Shown here: piece by piece, positions 1 to 10,800 of the stretch | How the letters are laid out: each line of letters begins with the position of its first letter | Position numbering within the stretch: position 1 is the first letter of the stretch | The notes under the pieces: model-generated | The model's database searches: none | Told to the model about the DNA's origin: nothing | The model's input: only the letters and a program-made list of their open reading frames with translations | Program-made: the position numbers and the translations under genes | Virus record (IMG/VR): IMGVR_UViG_3300009502_000040 | DNA from: an uncultured virus (IMG/VR IMGVR_UViG_3300009502_000040) | Taxonomy: Duplodnaviria; Heunggongvirae; Uroviricota; Caudoviricetes | Reading direction: 5' to 3' (one strand) | Length of the DNA stretch: 20,000 nucleotides

Positions 1-2
1 CA

Positions 3-275
3 CTATATAAAATGGAAAAGGTAGCTGGATTCAATGCTGGTGACCCACCTTCAAATTTACTGAAATTGAGGGATGATGATAAAAATCAATACACCATTTA
101 TTACAATAAAGAAATATCACCTGATACAAAAATTGGTGATAAAATAGTGATAAAGGCAAAAATTAAAAGCCATTATGAAACTCTTGGGCTTAAATATACC
201 AGACTCTATTATCCAAAAAATTTTGTAAATAAATCGCTTAATAAAAGAAATGCAATAAATAGATTCGATTTGTAG
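3..275 (+). CDS. Hypothetical protein with OB-fold-like beta-rich domain and C-terminal RFDL tag; possibly 5'-truncated
   Basis: Frame is open from position 3 (CTA TAT AAA ATG at 12). The pattern LKLRDDDKNQYTIY...IGDKIVIKAKIKSH...GLKYTRL resembles an OB-type barrel. Ends ...NAINRFDL-TAG. Confidence 0.7.
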   Translation, partial: LYKMEKVAGFNAGDPPSNLLKLRDDDKNQYTIYYNKEISPDTKIGDKIVIKAKIKSHYETLGLKYTRLYYPKNFVNKSLNKRNAINRFDL

Positions 276-301
276 TATAATTTAAATGAAATAGTATAAT
301 T

Positions 302-457
302 ATGGGTAGACCAAAAATTTCAAGTAAGAAAGTTGCAATTTCTTTAACTATCAACACCGAATTGGATCAGTTGCTGGATAAGATTGTTGAGGAAAAGAAG
401 CTATCAAAATCACAATATATTGAGGCTTTGATAAAAAAAGATATTCATAAACATTAG
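302..457 (+). CDS. Ribbon-helix-helix (CopG/Arc/MetJ-like) DNA-binding protein, 51 aa
   Basis: Not in the ORF track. Translated by hand: MGRPKISSKKVAISLTINTELDQLLDKIVEEKKLSKSQYIEALIKKDIHKH. It has an alternating beta strand (VAISLTI), a helix, then an S-K-S turn and a second helix (QYIEALI), as in RHH proteins. Confidence 0.75.
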   Translation: MGRPKISSKKVAISLTINTELDQLLDKIVEEKKLSKSQYIEALIKKDIHKH

Positions 458-469
458 TAAAATAAGTTA

Positions 470-1195
470 TTACTGGATTAGGTTACTATAATAATGAACG
501 CCCTTGATCTTAAAATCGAAAATAAATTCATCTGGTAAAGATGAGGACATTATTCTTACTTCATTGTTTTTAATTATACATTTCATTTTCACATTTATTT
601 CATTCCCCCAAAAATCAAAATTAAATGCTGCATCTTGTACAAATTCATTTTCCCAAATAATTGATGACTCTTCTTTTCTTGCCAGTAATGTTAAATAGCG
701 TGTTCCATATTGAAACAATTTCTTTTTTCTGTGAATTTCAAATGTATCACCGACATTCAAAGATTTTATATCAGCTATTCGATCTTCGGTGATCATATAC
801 CCTTGATATTCTAAATGCTTATATGATAATATATTCCTCTTGGGGTGATCTGTATGTATAATCTTGTAACAAAGATAATCTTTATTCTTCGCCCAGTGCT
901 GCTCTTGATTTATCGTACTAATAAATCGCACCACTTCTGATAGCGTATCTTTATTATTAATATATATTTTTTCAATATTAACGGAATTGCTTTGATGTTC
1001 TATAATAGTCCACAACCTGATAATTTTAGAATGGTTATAGGTAATGAAATATTTGTCACAGAACAAGATATTATATTTCACATCCAAGATAAATTCTGGA
1101 AACATCTTTCTCAATTCGCTCAATTTAACTTTATTATAATACTCCCAGACTTGACCCGTACTTAATTTATCAGGATTTATGACGAAAAGGTTCAT
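470..1195 (-). CDS. Hypothetical protein (~241 aa)
   Basis: Long ORF. The ATG at 1195 (MNLFVINP...) is preferred over the track's TTG at 1237. No recognisable motif. Confidence 0.7.
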   Translation of the reverse strand: MNLFVINPDKLSTGQVWEYYNKVKLSELRKMFPEFILDVKYNILFCDKYFITYNHSKIIRLWTIIEHQSNSVNIEKIYINNKDTLSEVVRFISTINQEQHWAKNKDYLCYKIIHTDHPKRNILSYKHLEYQGYMITEDRIADIKSLNVGDTFEIHRKKKLFQYGTRYLTLLARKEESSIIWENEFVQDAAFNFDFWGNEINVKMKCIIKNNEVRIMSSSLPDEFIFDFKIKGVHYYSNLIQ

Positions 1196-1265
1196 TATAA
1201 TAATGGAATTCTTAAAGAAAAAGATAAAATTAGGCAACAGGAGATTACCAATTTTTTAAAATGTA

Positions 1266-1273
1266 TATTTATA
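1266..1273 (-). promoter_or_regulatory. Possible T4-late-type promoter box TATAAATA
   Basis: Exact TATAAATA on the minus strand between uvsW and the 470-1195 gene. The AT-rich background makes a chance match possible. Confidence 0.3.
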
Positions 1274-1285
1274 AGAATAAAAGAC

Positions 1286-2842
1286 TCATAAGGCAATTTT
1301 TCTTTCATCAAAATCGAATTTCTGTTTCTTATAGATTTCATCTCTTCGGGATTCATAATGAGATATTAATATTGTCTTTATGCCTGGATAAAAAACATCG
1401 ACTAAATCAAATACAACGAGCTTGGCTTTTTCGGAATGTATACGCATTCCACGTCCCACCGACTGCATCACAACACGGAAACTTTTATAACTATCGCAGA
1501 ATACAATATTTGTGATAGCACGAATAGATACACCAGTACTCAATGTTCCATATGAGGCAACAAGTATTTTTGGGTTTCCACTTGTATCTTCCATCATTTT
1601 TTTTATATACTCTCTTTTCTCATTCTTAATGCTCCCATCAATAAAATAAATATCTTTACCAACGCAATTATCTCTCAAAAAATCATATAGGTCGGTGCCA
1701 TATTCAATTGTATGAAATAATAAGAGAGAATTTTGCGTGAATTTATCTACTAACACTTTAATAAACTTTTTTCTTTTTGCAGAATTGTGGATATATTCAC
1801 GTTCCAAATGGAACGCTTTGGCCCCGTCAAATTTTCTTATTTTTGCAACTCCATTAGCAAATTCTCTATTGTTATGTTGCAACATTATTGCTTTTATTTT
1901 GATGTTAGTTATTAGTCCTTTATCCATCAAACTACGGGCACTAATATTGACTAAAATTGGGCCCATCAAAGATTCTATGGTGAGAATTTCAGACGTAGTT
2001 GTGTCAGGAAAAGTTCCGCTCATCCCAAATCGCATTTTTGCTGTCCCAAACGTGCGGCTTAAAATTGATATTAAAGATTGTGCTTTTGCAAGATGGCTTT
2101 CGTCACAACAAACAACATCAAACTTAGAAAAAAAATCACGCTGTTTTTTTTCCAAACTTTGATAAGTTCCAATGAAAATATTTGCTTCTTGTTCACCATG
2201 GTATTTTCGTGGATTATCCGACATTATTTCTTCAATTTTTATTTCCATAGGATTTTTATTTTCATTTTTAAATCCATAATTATAATCCATTATATCATTA
2301 TAAAATTGAGTTACAAGATTTATATTTGGAACAATCAATAGAAATTTTGCCTGAGGATTAATAAATTTCAAATAATAAAAAAGCAATGAACCATATATTA
2401 ATGACTTACCCCCTGCCGTAGCAACTTGCAAAAGACCGTAATGATATTTTAAAATTTGATAAATACCATCAATCTGATGATCGTGCGGGGTAAATGGACT
2501 TAAACCGTCTTGTGTTTTATGATCTTTGAAAAAATCTTTAACAAAAGCATCAATTGTTTCTCTTGTTATACTTAGATCAATAGGAAACTGCTCTTGGTTT
2601 TGAATAATAAATGGATATCCATATTGCCTACAACACTTGTAGACTTCGTTCCATAAGCCAAAATCCATAAAACCATCTTTGAAATAGTCTATATCACCAT
2701 TCCATAGACCTAATTTAAATCTTGGACTAAAACGGTAATTTTTTACTTTTCTTGTTAAGAACAATTTAAGCTGGTTTAGTTCAGCCTTTGTGCTTTCAAC
2801 TAATATTATTTTAGAATTATCTGCATTAAGTTTTAATTTCAT
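1286..2842 (-). CDS. uvsW: UvsW-like superfamily 2 DNA helicase
   Basis: N-terminal YRFSPRFKLGLWNGDI segment typical of UvsW; Q-motif PHDHQ; Walker A ATAGGKS; LIVP; Walker B DESH; motif III MSGT; STGVSI; motif VI QSVGRGMR. The 518 aa length fits the T4 UvsW family. Confidence 0.9.
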   Translation of the reverse strand: MKLKLNADNSKIILVESTKAELNQLKLFLTRKVKNYRFSPRFKLGLWNGDIDYFKDGFMDFGLWNEVYKCCRQYGYPFIIQNQEQFPIDLSITRETIDAFVKDFFKDHKTQDGLSPFTPHDHQIDGIYQILKYHYGLLQVATAGGKSLIYGSLLFYYLKFINPQAKFLLIVPNINLVTQFYNDIMDYNYGFKNENKNPMEIKIEEIMSDNPRKYHGEQEANIFIGTYQSLEKKQRDFFSKFDVVCCDESHLAKAQSLISILSRTFGTAKMRFGMSGTFPDTTTSEILTIESLMGPILVNISARSLMDKGLITNIKIKAIMLQHNNREFANGVAKIRKFDGAKAFHLEREYIHNSAKRKKFIKVLVDKFTQNSLLLFHTIEYGTDLYDFLRDNCVGKDIYFIDGSIKNEKREYIKKMMEDTSGNPKILVASYGTLSTGVSIRAITNIVFCDSYKSFRVVMQSVGRGMRIHSEKAKLVVFDLVDVFYPGIKTILISHYESRRDEIYKKQKFDFDERKIAL

Positions 2843-3146
2843 TAATTTGCCTTAATTTTCTTTTTCGTTGATTGCCTAATCTATTTTTATAATAAATATA
2901 TTCAAAGCCGAATCTCTTATATAGTCCTAAAATTCCATTTTGTTCTTCACCACATTTACTACAATATTTATGCTTGATAAGCCCGTCCCAGTCATCATTA
3001 AACGTTAATAATAGAATATGCTTATGTGAAAATGGCGAAGATGGGAATCCATTTATTTCATCTAACATCCAATTCAATGTGATTTGCTCAATAAACCGCC
3101 ATCTATGATATACACATTTATGCCACATCTTATTTATATCCACCAA
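2826..3146 (-). CDS. Hypothetical protein with CxxC (possible Zn-binding)
   Basis: 106-aa ORF overlapping both neighbours; contains HKCVYHRW and YCSKCG. An alternative start is the ATG at 3125. Confidence 0.6.
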   Translation of the reverse strand: MVDINKMWHKCVYHRWRFIEQITLNWMLDEINGFPSSPFSHKHILLLTFNDDWDGLIKHKYCSKCGEEQNGILGLYKRFGFEYIYYKNRLGNQRKRKLRQINEIKT

Positions 3147-3612
3147 TTATGTTATACAGATCACCCTTGGTTTTAACACCGTAATAGATAGCGTCCAGAT
3201 TTTTTGAAGTTTCTCTTAAAAATTGCACATGAGTATCAAATAGATCAATTAAAAATTGATGATCAGCAAGATCAGCTTCAATTAATTTCATTTTTTCGCC
3301 ACCATTTGTCTTTGGAGTATATTCTGTAGCATAAAATTCCCACTGCAATTTCCAATTTTTTTTCATTGGTTGGCTATACTTGTATATTCGAACTGCATAT
3401 TCGTGGATTTCATCTGTAATATTTTGACGCTGACTTATAGATTCTGCTTGGACATCAAGTATATTTTTAACATCTTGATCTTTTAACTGTGTTGCTAAAT
3501 GCTGAACTATTCCATTCCACTGAGTTTGTGAAGTTTTGATATCTGTTATTATTTTTAAAAATTTTGCTTCCCGCTGTTTTATCTGCTCAGGGGTTAGTTT
3601 TATTTCTGCCAT
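3130..3612 (-). CDS. UvsY-like recombination mediator protein
   Basis: 160 aa, all-helical in character. FYATEY..K..GGEK..LIEADL...FL..TSKNLDAIYYGVK resembles UvsY, and the gene lies next to uvsW as in T4-like phages. Confidence 0.55.
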   Translation of the reverse strand: MAEIKLTPEQIKQREAKFLKIITDIKTSQTQWNGIVQHLATQLKDQDVKNILDVQAESISQRQNITDEIHEYAVRIYKYSQPMKKNWKLQWEFYATEYTPKTNGGEKMKLIEADLADHQFLIDLFDTHVQFLRETSKNLDAIYYGVKTKGDLYNIIGGYK

Positions 3613-3634
3613 TTTATTAAATTATTTTTTATTT

Positions 3635-3661
3635 TTATATGCTTTAAATGCCATTAAGTTT
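3635..3661 (-). promoter_or_regulatory. Putative class A promoter (AAAC-N18-TATAA)
   Basis: Minus strand AAAC TTAATGGCATTTAAAGCA TATAA, ~22 nt upstream of the UvsY-like start. The same spacing recurs at 14274, 16014 and 17947. Confidence 0.5.
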
Positions 3662-4392
3662 TAAACTTTAGAAAATACTATATCAAAGTAATAATCAAAT
3701 GCGTACAATGACGATGATTTACTTTGGTTATACTGAACCGTTAAAGTTTGAAAATTATAAATGTCTAAATTTACTAAACTAAAATCTGTAACCAGATATT
3801 CATCACTATATACATCAACATCAAATTCTGGATTATATTGAAGAATAATGTTCTTTTTTATTGACTGATCAATTTTTATATCTTTATACTTAACATAAAA
3901 TTTCATACTATCAAATTTATATCTGCCGATAATATTATTTTTTATATATTCATATGTGGCGTTATTGATATTTCCGCTATATACATCAGTATAATTTATA
4001 GATTTAAATAACCTACTTTCTTTGAATTTAAAAAATAGATAATCTTGAAGAATACTCTTAGCATTAATTTTAATTTGCCAACGTGTATTATTTTGCAAAT
4101 TATTAGTTGTTTGATTCAACAGTGATATGCTTTGATTATTAGCCTTTAAATCTGTTAAATTTTCAGAATATTCAAGCTCCCATTCGTCAGGTATTGTATC
4201 TTTATCAAAATATTGGTATCCGATATTACTACCACTTGAAACACAACTAAAATTGATGGTATCCGCATTAATAGTAATAACATTTTCAACATATGCTGCT
4301 TTTCCACCAAAAAAAGTTCTCAGCTCTTTCATATTCATAGTTCCAGAGATAGGTGTTATGATAAACTTTTTTAGCATTAACGTACTTTTCAT
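3661..4392 (-). CDS. Probable virion (tail/baseplate region) protein, 243 aa
   Basis: Last gene of the 11113-to-3661 co-directional block; N/Y/I-rich beta-type composition; no enzyme motifs. Confidence 0.55.
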   Translation of the reverse strand: MKSTLMLKKFIITPISGTMNMKELRTFFGGKAAYVENVITINADTINFSCVSSGSNIGYQYFDKDTIPDEWELEYSENLTDLKANNQSISLLNQTTNNLQNNTRWQIKINAKSILQDYLFFKFKESRLFKSINYTDVYSGNINNATYEYIKNNIIGRYKFDSMKFYVKYKDIKIDQSIKKNIILQYNPEFDVDVYSDEYLVTDFSLVNLDIYNFQTLTVQYNQSKSSSLYAFDYYFDIVFSKV

Positions 4393-4406
4393 ATTTGATT
4401 AGTTTT

Positions 4407-7400
4407 TTATGCTGAAGCATTCCCAAATGGAATACTTGGTTGTGTAACAACTACAAAGTTTGTTGCAAAACTTTTCGTGTTTACTATCTGATCTGGATTA
4501 GTCAAAACGTAAAATTCTCTATCCCAAGAAGAATTAAATATAAATCTTGAAGAATATTGATATCCATATTCGTCAACCCTTGGATATATTGACATATCCT
4601 GATCAGTATTTTTCAATTTCAAAGGAACAATCTTCGGGTTAACCTTCGAAAATATCATTTCTTCAATAACCCCAAATCCTTGAAGTGAAGTATCAAATTT
4701 ATAATTACTACCCCAGCCATTAATAGTGGTTTGCGTCTTACCACTGTTCACGCTATTAAATATATATGAGCACCCAAATAAAGGAATATCCTTAAAAATT
4801 GGCTCGTATGAACCATTATATCTGAACACTACATTATTAGAAGTTATCTTATTGGAAGCATAAATAGTATTAATATTTGAAACCTTTTGATTTGGATATA
4901 TCGCCCTTGCTAATGGTTCTGTAATATTAGATTTTTTCTTAGTTTGGTCATCGTAATATGTCTTATATTTATCATAAATATTTGTTACTGGACCCTTAAT
5001 TGGTACAGTAATATAAGATGATCGTTTAGTTTCAAGTGAAATAGGGTCTACTATAGAAAGCATGTAAGGTGGAATATTCTTTGTCCACCCACTCAATGTT
5101 GACATTGAATTATTTGGATTGTAGACATTAATATTTCCAGTCGATCCAGAATTTCCATCGGCATCAATATAATAAAACGTAATACCAGAATCAAATTCAG
5201 TAATATTATTTAAATCCCCAAAAGCTGTAGTAAAATTAGCTGCGGTAAATTTACTTGGGTCAAACTGCGGTGATGTTGCACTTAATGACTCACCATATAC
5301 AGTTTTAGCGGTGTATAATCCAGTTTTTTCATTAAATATTGGCACATTGTTTAAATTAACAAATCCACTTTTAATCGGAATTGTCGCATTAACAATGATT
5401 AATAAATTTTTAAATTTTTCATTTAAAAAAACATGAATTGCATCAACGGTATTATCAATTACAGTATTACCAGATAGCCCATTTTCAACAATTCCTCCAC
5501 CATCAATTAAATATACATCATTTAATATTATAGCGAATTTGTAACCGTTAAATGTTTTACTATTATCATAAATATAGTCAGTAATAGCACCAGTATCATT
5601 CCTTACTATATCAGATAAATAACCAGCGTTAAAATTTAATCCTTTGAAGATTGTTGTAGATTGAGAATATTGATCACCACAATTAAAAACGGAATATTTT
5701 GATGTGGGCTTTAAATAATCAACATAATCTAATCTGTAATACATTTTATTCTTAAAGAAGTATTCAAAATAGTCTACATTTGAATTTAAATATAATCCCA
5801 AATTAAACTTACTGCTTAATTTGTTCATTAAATCAGTTTCTATATTTGTTGATTGATTAAAATACCTAACTGTAACCCCAGTTGAGCCTATTGTTGTGTT
5901 ACCAGAAAAGAAATTTCCTATTCTATAGAAGTAATCCAAATTCTTTTCAGCTTCATCTGGAAGATTTAAAATAGTGTTAGCTGTTCTATTGAAAATATCA
6001 CCAACTTTAATTGAGTTGTTCATTTTATATGGGTAGTCACATTGGCACAATGACCCAACCGCACCCCATTTAACATATGACTGATTTTTACGCCATATAT
6101 CAGACAATTCACTATTATTATTTAAAACTTCAAATAGCTCATCATCCCCAATATATTCAGAGGCGGCATTCATAATTTGATATTGCCCGTCTTCCCCTCT
6201 TGCATGAATCATAAATTCTCTACCAATCGATTCATTCATATAATCAGTTGCATATATTTTGTGTTCATTTGTAAGATGATATGTATCTTTTTCATAGTCA
6301 AAATCAGCAAAATGGGTATTAACAATATCCATATCAAAATCTTTAACATCTGTTAATTTTAATCTATACACTGGGTATGTAATTGGGGTTTGCTTGTAAG
6401 TTGAAACATTTTTAACAATCCTTGTTCCACTATCTTTTCCACCTTTCCAATACTCTAAATATGTTGGAAATGAATTTATACCATAATCACTTTGAATAAA
6501 ATAATCGGTACCTCTTTTCTTTAATATGTGATATATACCATCAATATTAATTAAATATAAATCAGCATACATTGAATGTGTAACAGCATCGTTAGGATTT
6601 GAACTATAATAATCATCTATAACATCATACGGATCAATTTGAAATTTTGATGTCATACCAGATACAAAATTTGTATATCCAGACGGATTGTTTATGGCAC
6701 GGCAACGATAATTGAATCCGTGCTCATAGTTAATGATACAGCTATTATCATAAATTTTACTAAAATCAATATCTTTCATATCACGATCACTTATTATCTT
6801 ATAAAGATATTTATCGTCTTGCTGTACTTTTACGACCTCATAAAATTTACCTTCATACTGAATCCAATATGTTATATTATCTTTGAACCCATCTACAAAT
6901 GGAGATTCGATCATTTCTGTTGTTCCAGAACAAAAAATATTATTTATCAATCCTATATCTGGCTTAAGTGATGGGGTCATATAAGACGTTAAATTAGTAA
7001 CAAATTCTAACTTGTCAATGTAAAATCCATAATATCTATTCATCGAATAGTTCCTAACAAGCTCTGGTGTTGATGGAACATCATTAAATAAAAATTTCAT
7101 ATTTAATATGTTTGGATAAATCATATTATTTTCTTTATATCCGTCAACGATCATTTTTTCAAGTCTAAAATGCGGCTGTTCATAAAATAGTGCGTCCTGT
7201 AAATATTTTTCCTTAACAACATAAGAACCGCTGGTATAATCAATCCCAGACCATCTTGAAAAATTAAATCTTTTAAAATCCAATTCGAATGAATGAAGTG
7301 GGAATCTGGTATTATTAGTGAAATTTTTAGATAGAAAATATCCAAGATCGGATTGATATCTCATATCAAAAAAATTAACGCATTTCCACTTATCAACAAT

Positions 7401-7880
7401 TTGATCATTAAAATTATCTTTATTGAGCTCCGATATTACAAATTCATTGTTAATCATTTCATATGGAGTTGGCTCATCCACTCGTAGAACAATAAACCCC
7501 TCAGGAAGAGTATCCTTCCTAATAAACAACGGTGCAAAATATTCATAATCTTCGTTAAACCACTTATCTTCAACAGCTTTTGCACCACTCCAATACATAT
7601 CATCAAACTGTTTATCATATGAACTTTGAACGATTTTATTGTCATTATCATATTTTACATCAAATGCTAAATCTGATGGTAATCCTTTATAGAATCTAAC
7701 CAATTGATCTTCATATAAAGAATTTTTGCTTATTTGAAAATGCTTATACTTTTCATCACTAAGCTGCTTATTGGTGTCAAATGTTTCTAAGTATAATTTA
7801 TAATCAGAACTAACAACTAATTTCAAATTAGTAGTTAATCTTGGGTTTGTTTTGAGTAGCTGAAAACTTCTATTTATCAT
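4407..7880 (-). CDS. Large probable virion structural protein, 1157 aa
   Basis: Uninterrupted ORF coupled by an ATGA overlap to the upstream 1078-aa gene. N/D/Y/T-rich with no catalytic motifs; 9 S-G-x-T motifs. The ORF is certain, the function is inferred. Confidence 0.65.
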   Translation of the reverse strand: MINRSFQLLKTNPRLTTNLKLVVSSDYKLYLETFDTNKQLSDEKYKHFQISKNSLYEDQLVRFYKGLPSDLAFDVKYDNDNKIVQSSYDKQFDDMYWSGAKAVEDKWFNEDYEYFAPLFIRKDTLPEGFIVLRVDEPTPYEMINNEFVISELNKDNFNDQIVDKWKCVNFFDMRYQSDLGYFLSKNFTNNTRFPLHSFELDFKRFNFSRWSGIDYTSGSYVVKEKYLQDALFYEQPHFRLEKMIVDGYKENNMIYPNILNMKFLFNDVPSTPELVRNYSMNRYYGFYIDKLEFVTNLTSYMTPSLKPDIGLINNIFCSGTTEMIESPFVDGFKDNITYWIQYEGKFYEVVKVQQDDKYLYKIISDRDMKDIDFSKIYDNSCIINYEHGFNYRCRAINNPSGYTNFVSGMTSKFQIDPYDVIDDYYSSNPNDAVTHSMYADLYLINIDGIYHILKKRGTDYFIQSDYGINSFPTYLEYWKGGKDSGTRIVKNVSTYKQTPITYPVYRLKLTDVKDFDMDIVNTHFADFDYEKDTYHLTNEHKIYATDYMNESIGREFMIHARGEDGQYQIMNAASEYIGDDELFEVLNNNSELSDIWRKNQSYVKWGAVGSLCQCDYPYKMNNSIKVGDIFNRTANTILNLPDEAEKNLDYFYRIGNFFSGNTTIGSTGVTVRYFNQSTNIETDLMNKLSSKFNLGLYLNSNVDYFEYFFKNKMYYRLDYVDYLKPTSKYSVFNCGDQYSQSTTIFKGLNFNAGYLSDIVRNDTGAITDYIYDNSKTFNGYKFAIILNDVYLIDGGGIVENGLSGNTVIDNTVDAIHVFLNEKFKNLLIIVNATIPIKSGFVNLNNVPIFNEKTGLYTAKTVYGESLSATSPQFDPSKFTAANFTTAFGDLNNITEFDSGITFYYIDADGNSGSTGNINVYNPNNSMSTLSGWTKNIPPYMLSIVDPISLETKRSSYITVPIKGPVTNIYDKYKTYYDDQTKKKSNITEPLARAIYPNQKVSNINTIYASNKITSNNVVFRYNGSYEPIFKDIPLFGCSYIFNSVNSGKTQTTINGWGSNYKFDTSLQGFGVIEEMIFSKVNPKIVPLKLKNTDQDMSIYPRVDEYGYQYSSRFIFNSSWDREFYVLTNPDQIVNTKSFATNFVVVTQPSIPFGNASA

Positions 7881-10800
7881 GCACCTAACGCCCCTCCTTG
7901 AGCAATTGTTCCACCACCAGTACGAACTATGTATGTGTAATTTCTATAAATTTTAAATACTAATTCGAATTCAAACGGACGTGATGAGTTTTCAATTTCC
8001 GCAAAAATTTTCAATCGCCTTGTAACAAATGATGAGGTGGTTGTATTTTGTGGAATATAAACGGCTGGATACGCTGATGTGCTTCCAGTTGACATTTTAA
8101 AATATATGATAATTGGTAGAGTTATTATACCATTCGCATCAATATATTTAACACCCCCCTTATCAGAATACACAAAATTGCTTATATCTACAATCTTTGG
8201 GTGAACAGAAGTCAAGAATGCTGTTGGGCCTCCAATCCCCCAGTTTTCTGTTGTGGATGATATTCCAGTCCACGGTAACGACATAATGCTTATTGGGTCT
8301 GCATAACTTAGATTGGCATCAGGTGAAGTTCTTCCAGAAATACCAACATTATAATTATTTGATGATAATACTGAATTTTGCTCATTAATATAATTAGCCT
8401 GATTTGATGTAAACCCAGACCAGTATATTTGCTGTGTGCCAGTAGAATCATCAATCCAAATGAATTGATTGTCTGTCTGAGCATATAGAATATCATTTTC
8501 ATCAACATATGTGGCTAATGATCCTTTTGCTACAACAGGATTATAAAACCTATTATCTGTTGTGCTCGTTGGAACAAATTTTCTATAAGAAAGTAGACCC
8601 AACTGGCTGCTTTTTGCAACATTTTGAAATTGAATATAATAATCCTCAATTCCTTGTACACTATTAATGTAATTACGTGTACCGCCACTTGATTGTGCAC
8701 TTTCTTCACACCTGACTGTTATTGTTACTGATGCTCCATTGGCAATAGTAGTAGGAACAGTGTCTTTAAATAATGTGACTGTAAGTTCACCTTTTGAACG
8801 AAGAATTTGCTCTTCTAATGAGGCAATTCTTGTATTTAAATTTATCAAATATTGATATAATGTAAGCATATTTCCCGTATCATCCTTAAACGATGTCCCA
8901 AGATTTATATCCATATGGGCAATATATTGATCATTATTGTAAAATGACTGTTGCAAGTGATTTGATAAACCTTTAGCATTCAATTTGTTTTCAAGTGCAT
9001 TTGCAATTGTATCATCTTGAGCTTCTTGTAATATTATAGAATTTTCATCACCAATTTGTGATAAATCCGTTGGAAATCCAATTGTTAACACATTACTCCA
9101 GTCAGATTCAATCGGAGCATCGGGCCAACCAACTTCAGATATTGATTTAATTCTAATTTCAACAGTTTCACCATTCTGAATAGCAATATCCAATTGATTA
9201 ATATTAGGGGTATCTGCGTTAGACACATCTTCAATTACCCACGTCCAAACATCCAAAACACTATTATATAATCGTTTTCTGGCATCGGATAAAAATTGAT
9301 TCCAGTTTGAAAAATATCCAGTTGTATTTACAATTTGGGTTGTAACACTTGGATTTGTAAATGCTCTTGTCTGATCAGAAATATCACCAGTTGTTGTGGT
9401 TGTGTTATACGTGGTTTGATTCATTGTTAAATTAAACCCTTCGGTAGGTGGCTCTGACCCACCAGTCTTACTATAGCGATACTGCACTTTAAATTGTACA
9501 ACTTCTTGCTTTGTTTGATATCCTTCATACCCAGTCAAAACTGGCTCTGGAAAACTCCAAAACCCACGAATATGATATTTTGGGGCTATGGTAGGGGTTG
9601 ATCCTTCATTATTAATTCTCGACACTAATGATGATAATAATTTTGTTTGACTATCCTGTTCTGAAATTAGTGTGTTTAATTGGGTTTTAGCCGCAGATTT
9701 TTCAGAATTTGACTTAAACTGAGCCATGTTAACATTTCTGGTTTGCTGCGTTACAGCATCACCAAGTTGTTCAATTCTTGATTTAACTGCTGACTTTTGA
9801 GCATGTAATTCTCTGAGCTGTTGAGAATTTTTTGTGTCAGTTAAATGCGTATTAATCTGAACAACTTTAAAGTTCGTTTGATTTAAAACTGGGGCATTTG
9901 GAATTTTTCCAAATTTACTTGGAATATTCTTAACAATCATATCCTTTAAAATTGCGCCATAATCAAAAACAGTCTCAGTATAGTACTTTGTCATTGATAT
10001 TTTATTATTCGTATCCAAAACCAAATCGTTTGTATAATAGCAAGTTCCAAAAGAGAATGTAGATGAAACAATATTGCTATCTGTATTTATAGGTTTAACA
10101 AAAATAATATTATATTCATCAAACCCAATAGATACCTTTATTGTTTTATCAGTAATTGGTGGACTATATATTTTTAACCCCTGTGCCATAATCGGGACTG
10201 GTTCTAAACCTTCTGTTCTTTCTAAAATAATACGGAAATTGCTTTTAGCAGTACTGACTTCTTTTATTTTCCATTTGGTTGACGAGTTCTTTTTATTAAT
10301 AATAAGCTCATCACCTATTGATAATGTTCTTGTGTTTCCAGAATAGTCATAATAAGTAAGAGTTCCAAGAGTATACCACATTTTGTTGTTGATAGTATCA
10401 TTATCCACCCCAATAACATCGAATACGCCATAATACTGAAGCTCACTATAATCCAATGAAAACACTTGTTCATCATATGGCTCATTGGCTCTAAGAATAC
10501 CATAATTATTTGGGTTATTATACCAAGTTGTGAAGTCATCGATAAATATACTATTCTTTGTCAGAAATTTATCTTCAAAATCTTTTTTAGATGCTTGTGC
10601 ATCACTTGTATATACTCCATTATCATCTTTTTGAAATTTGATAATATATCTTCGGGATAATATTTTTGTTACCTTATCTTCAATTTTTCCTGTCAAATCT
10701 ATATTAACAGCCAATAATGGATTGGATAATGATTCAAAAAATGAATTATTGATAGATGTAAATGATTTTACGGTATTTAATGCGTCTATTGGCTCAGGTT

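Noticed and set aside
2826..2870. C-terminal RKRKLRQI as a second terminal tag or nuclear localisation signal
   Set aside because: Only one example in the window, and it partly overlaps the uvsW start; not supportable without genome-wide counts.
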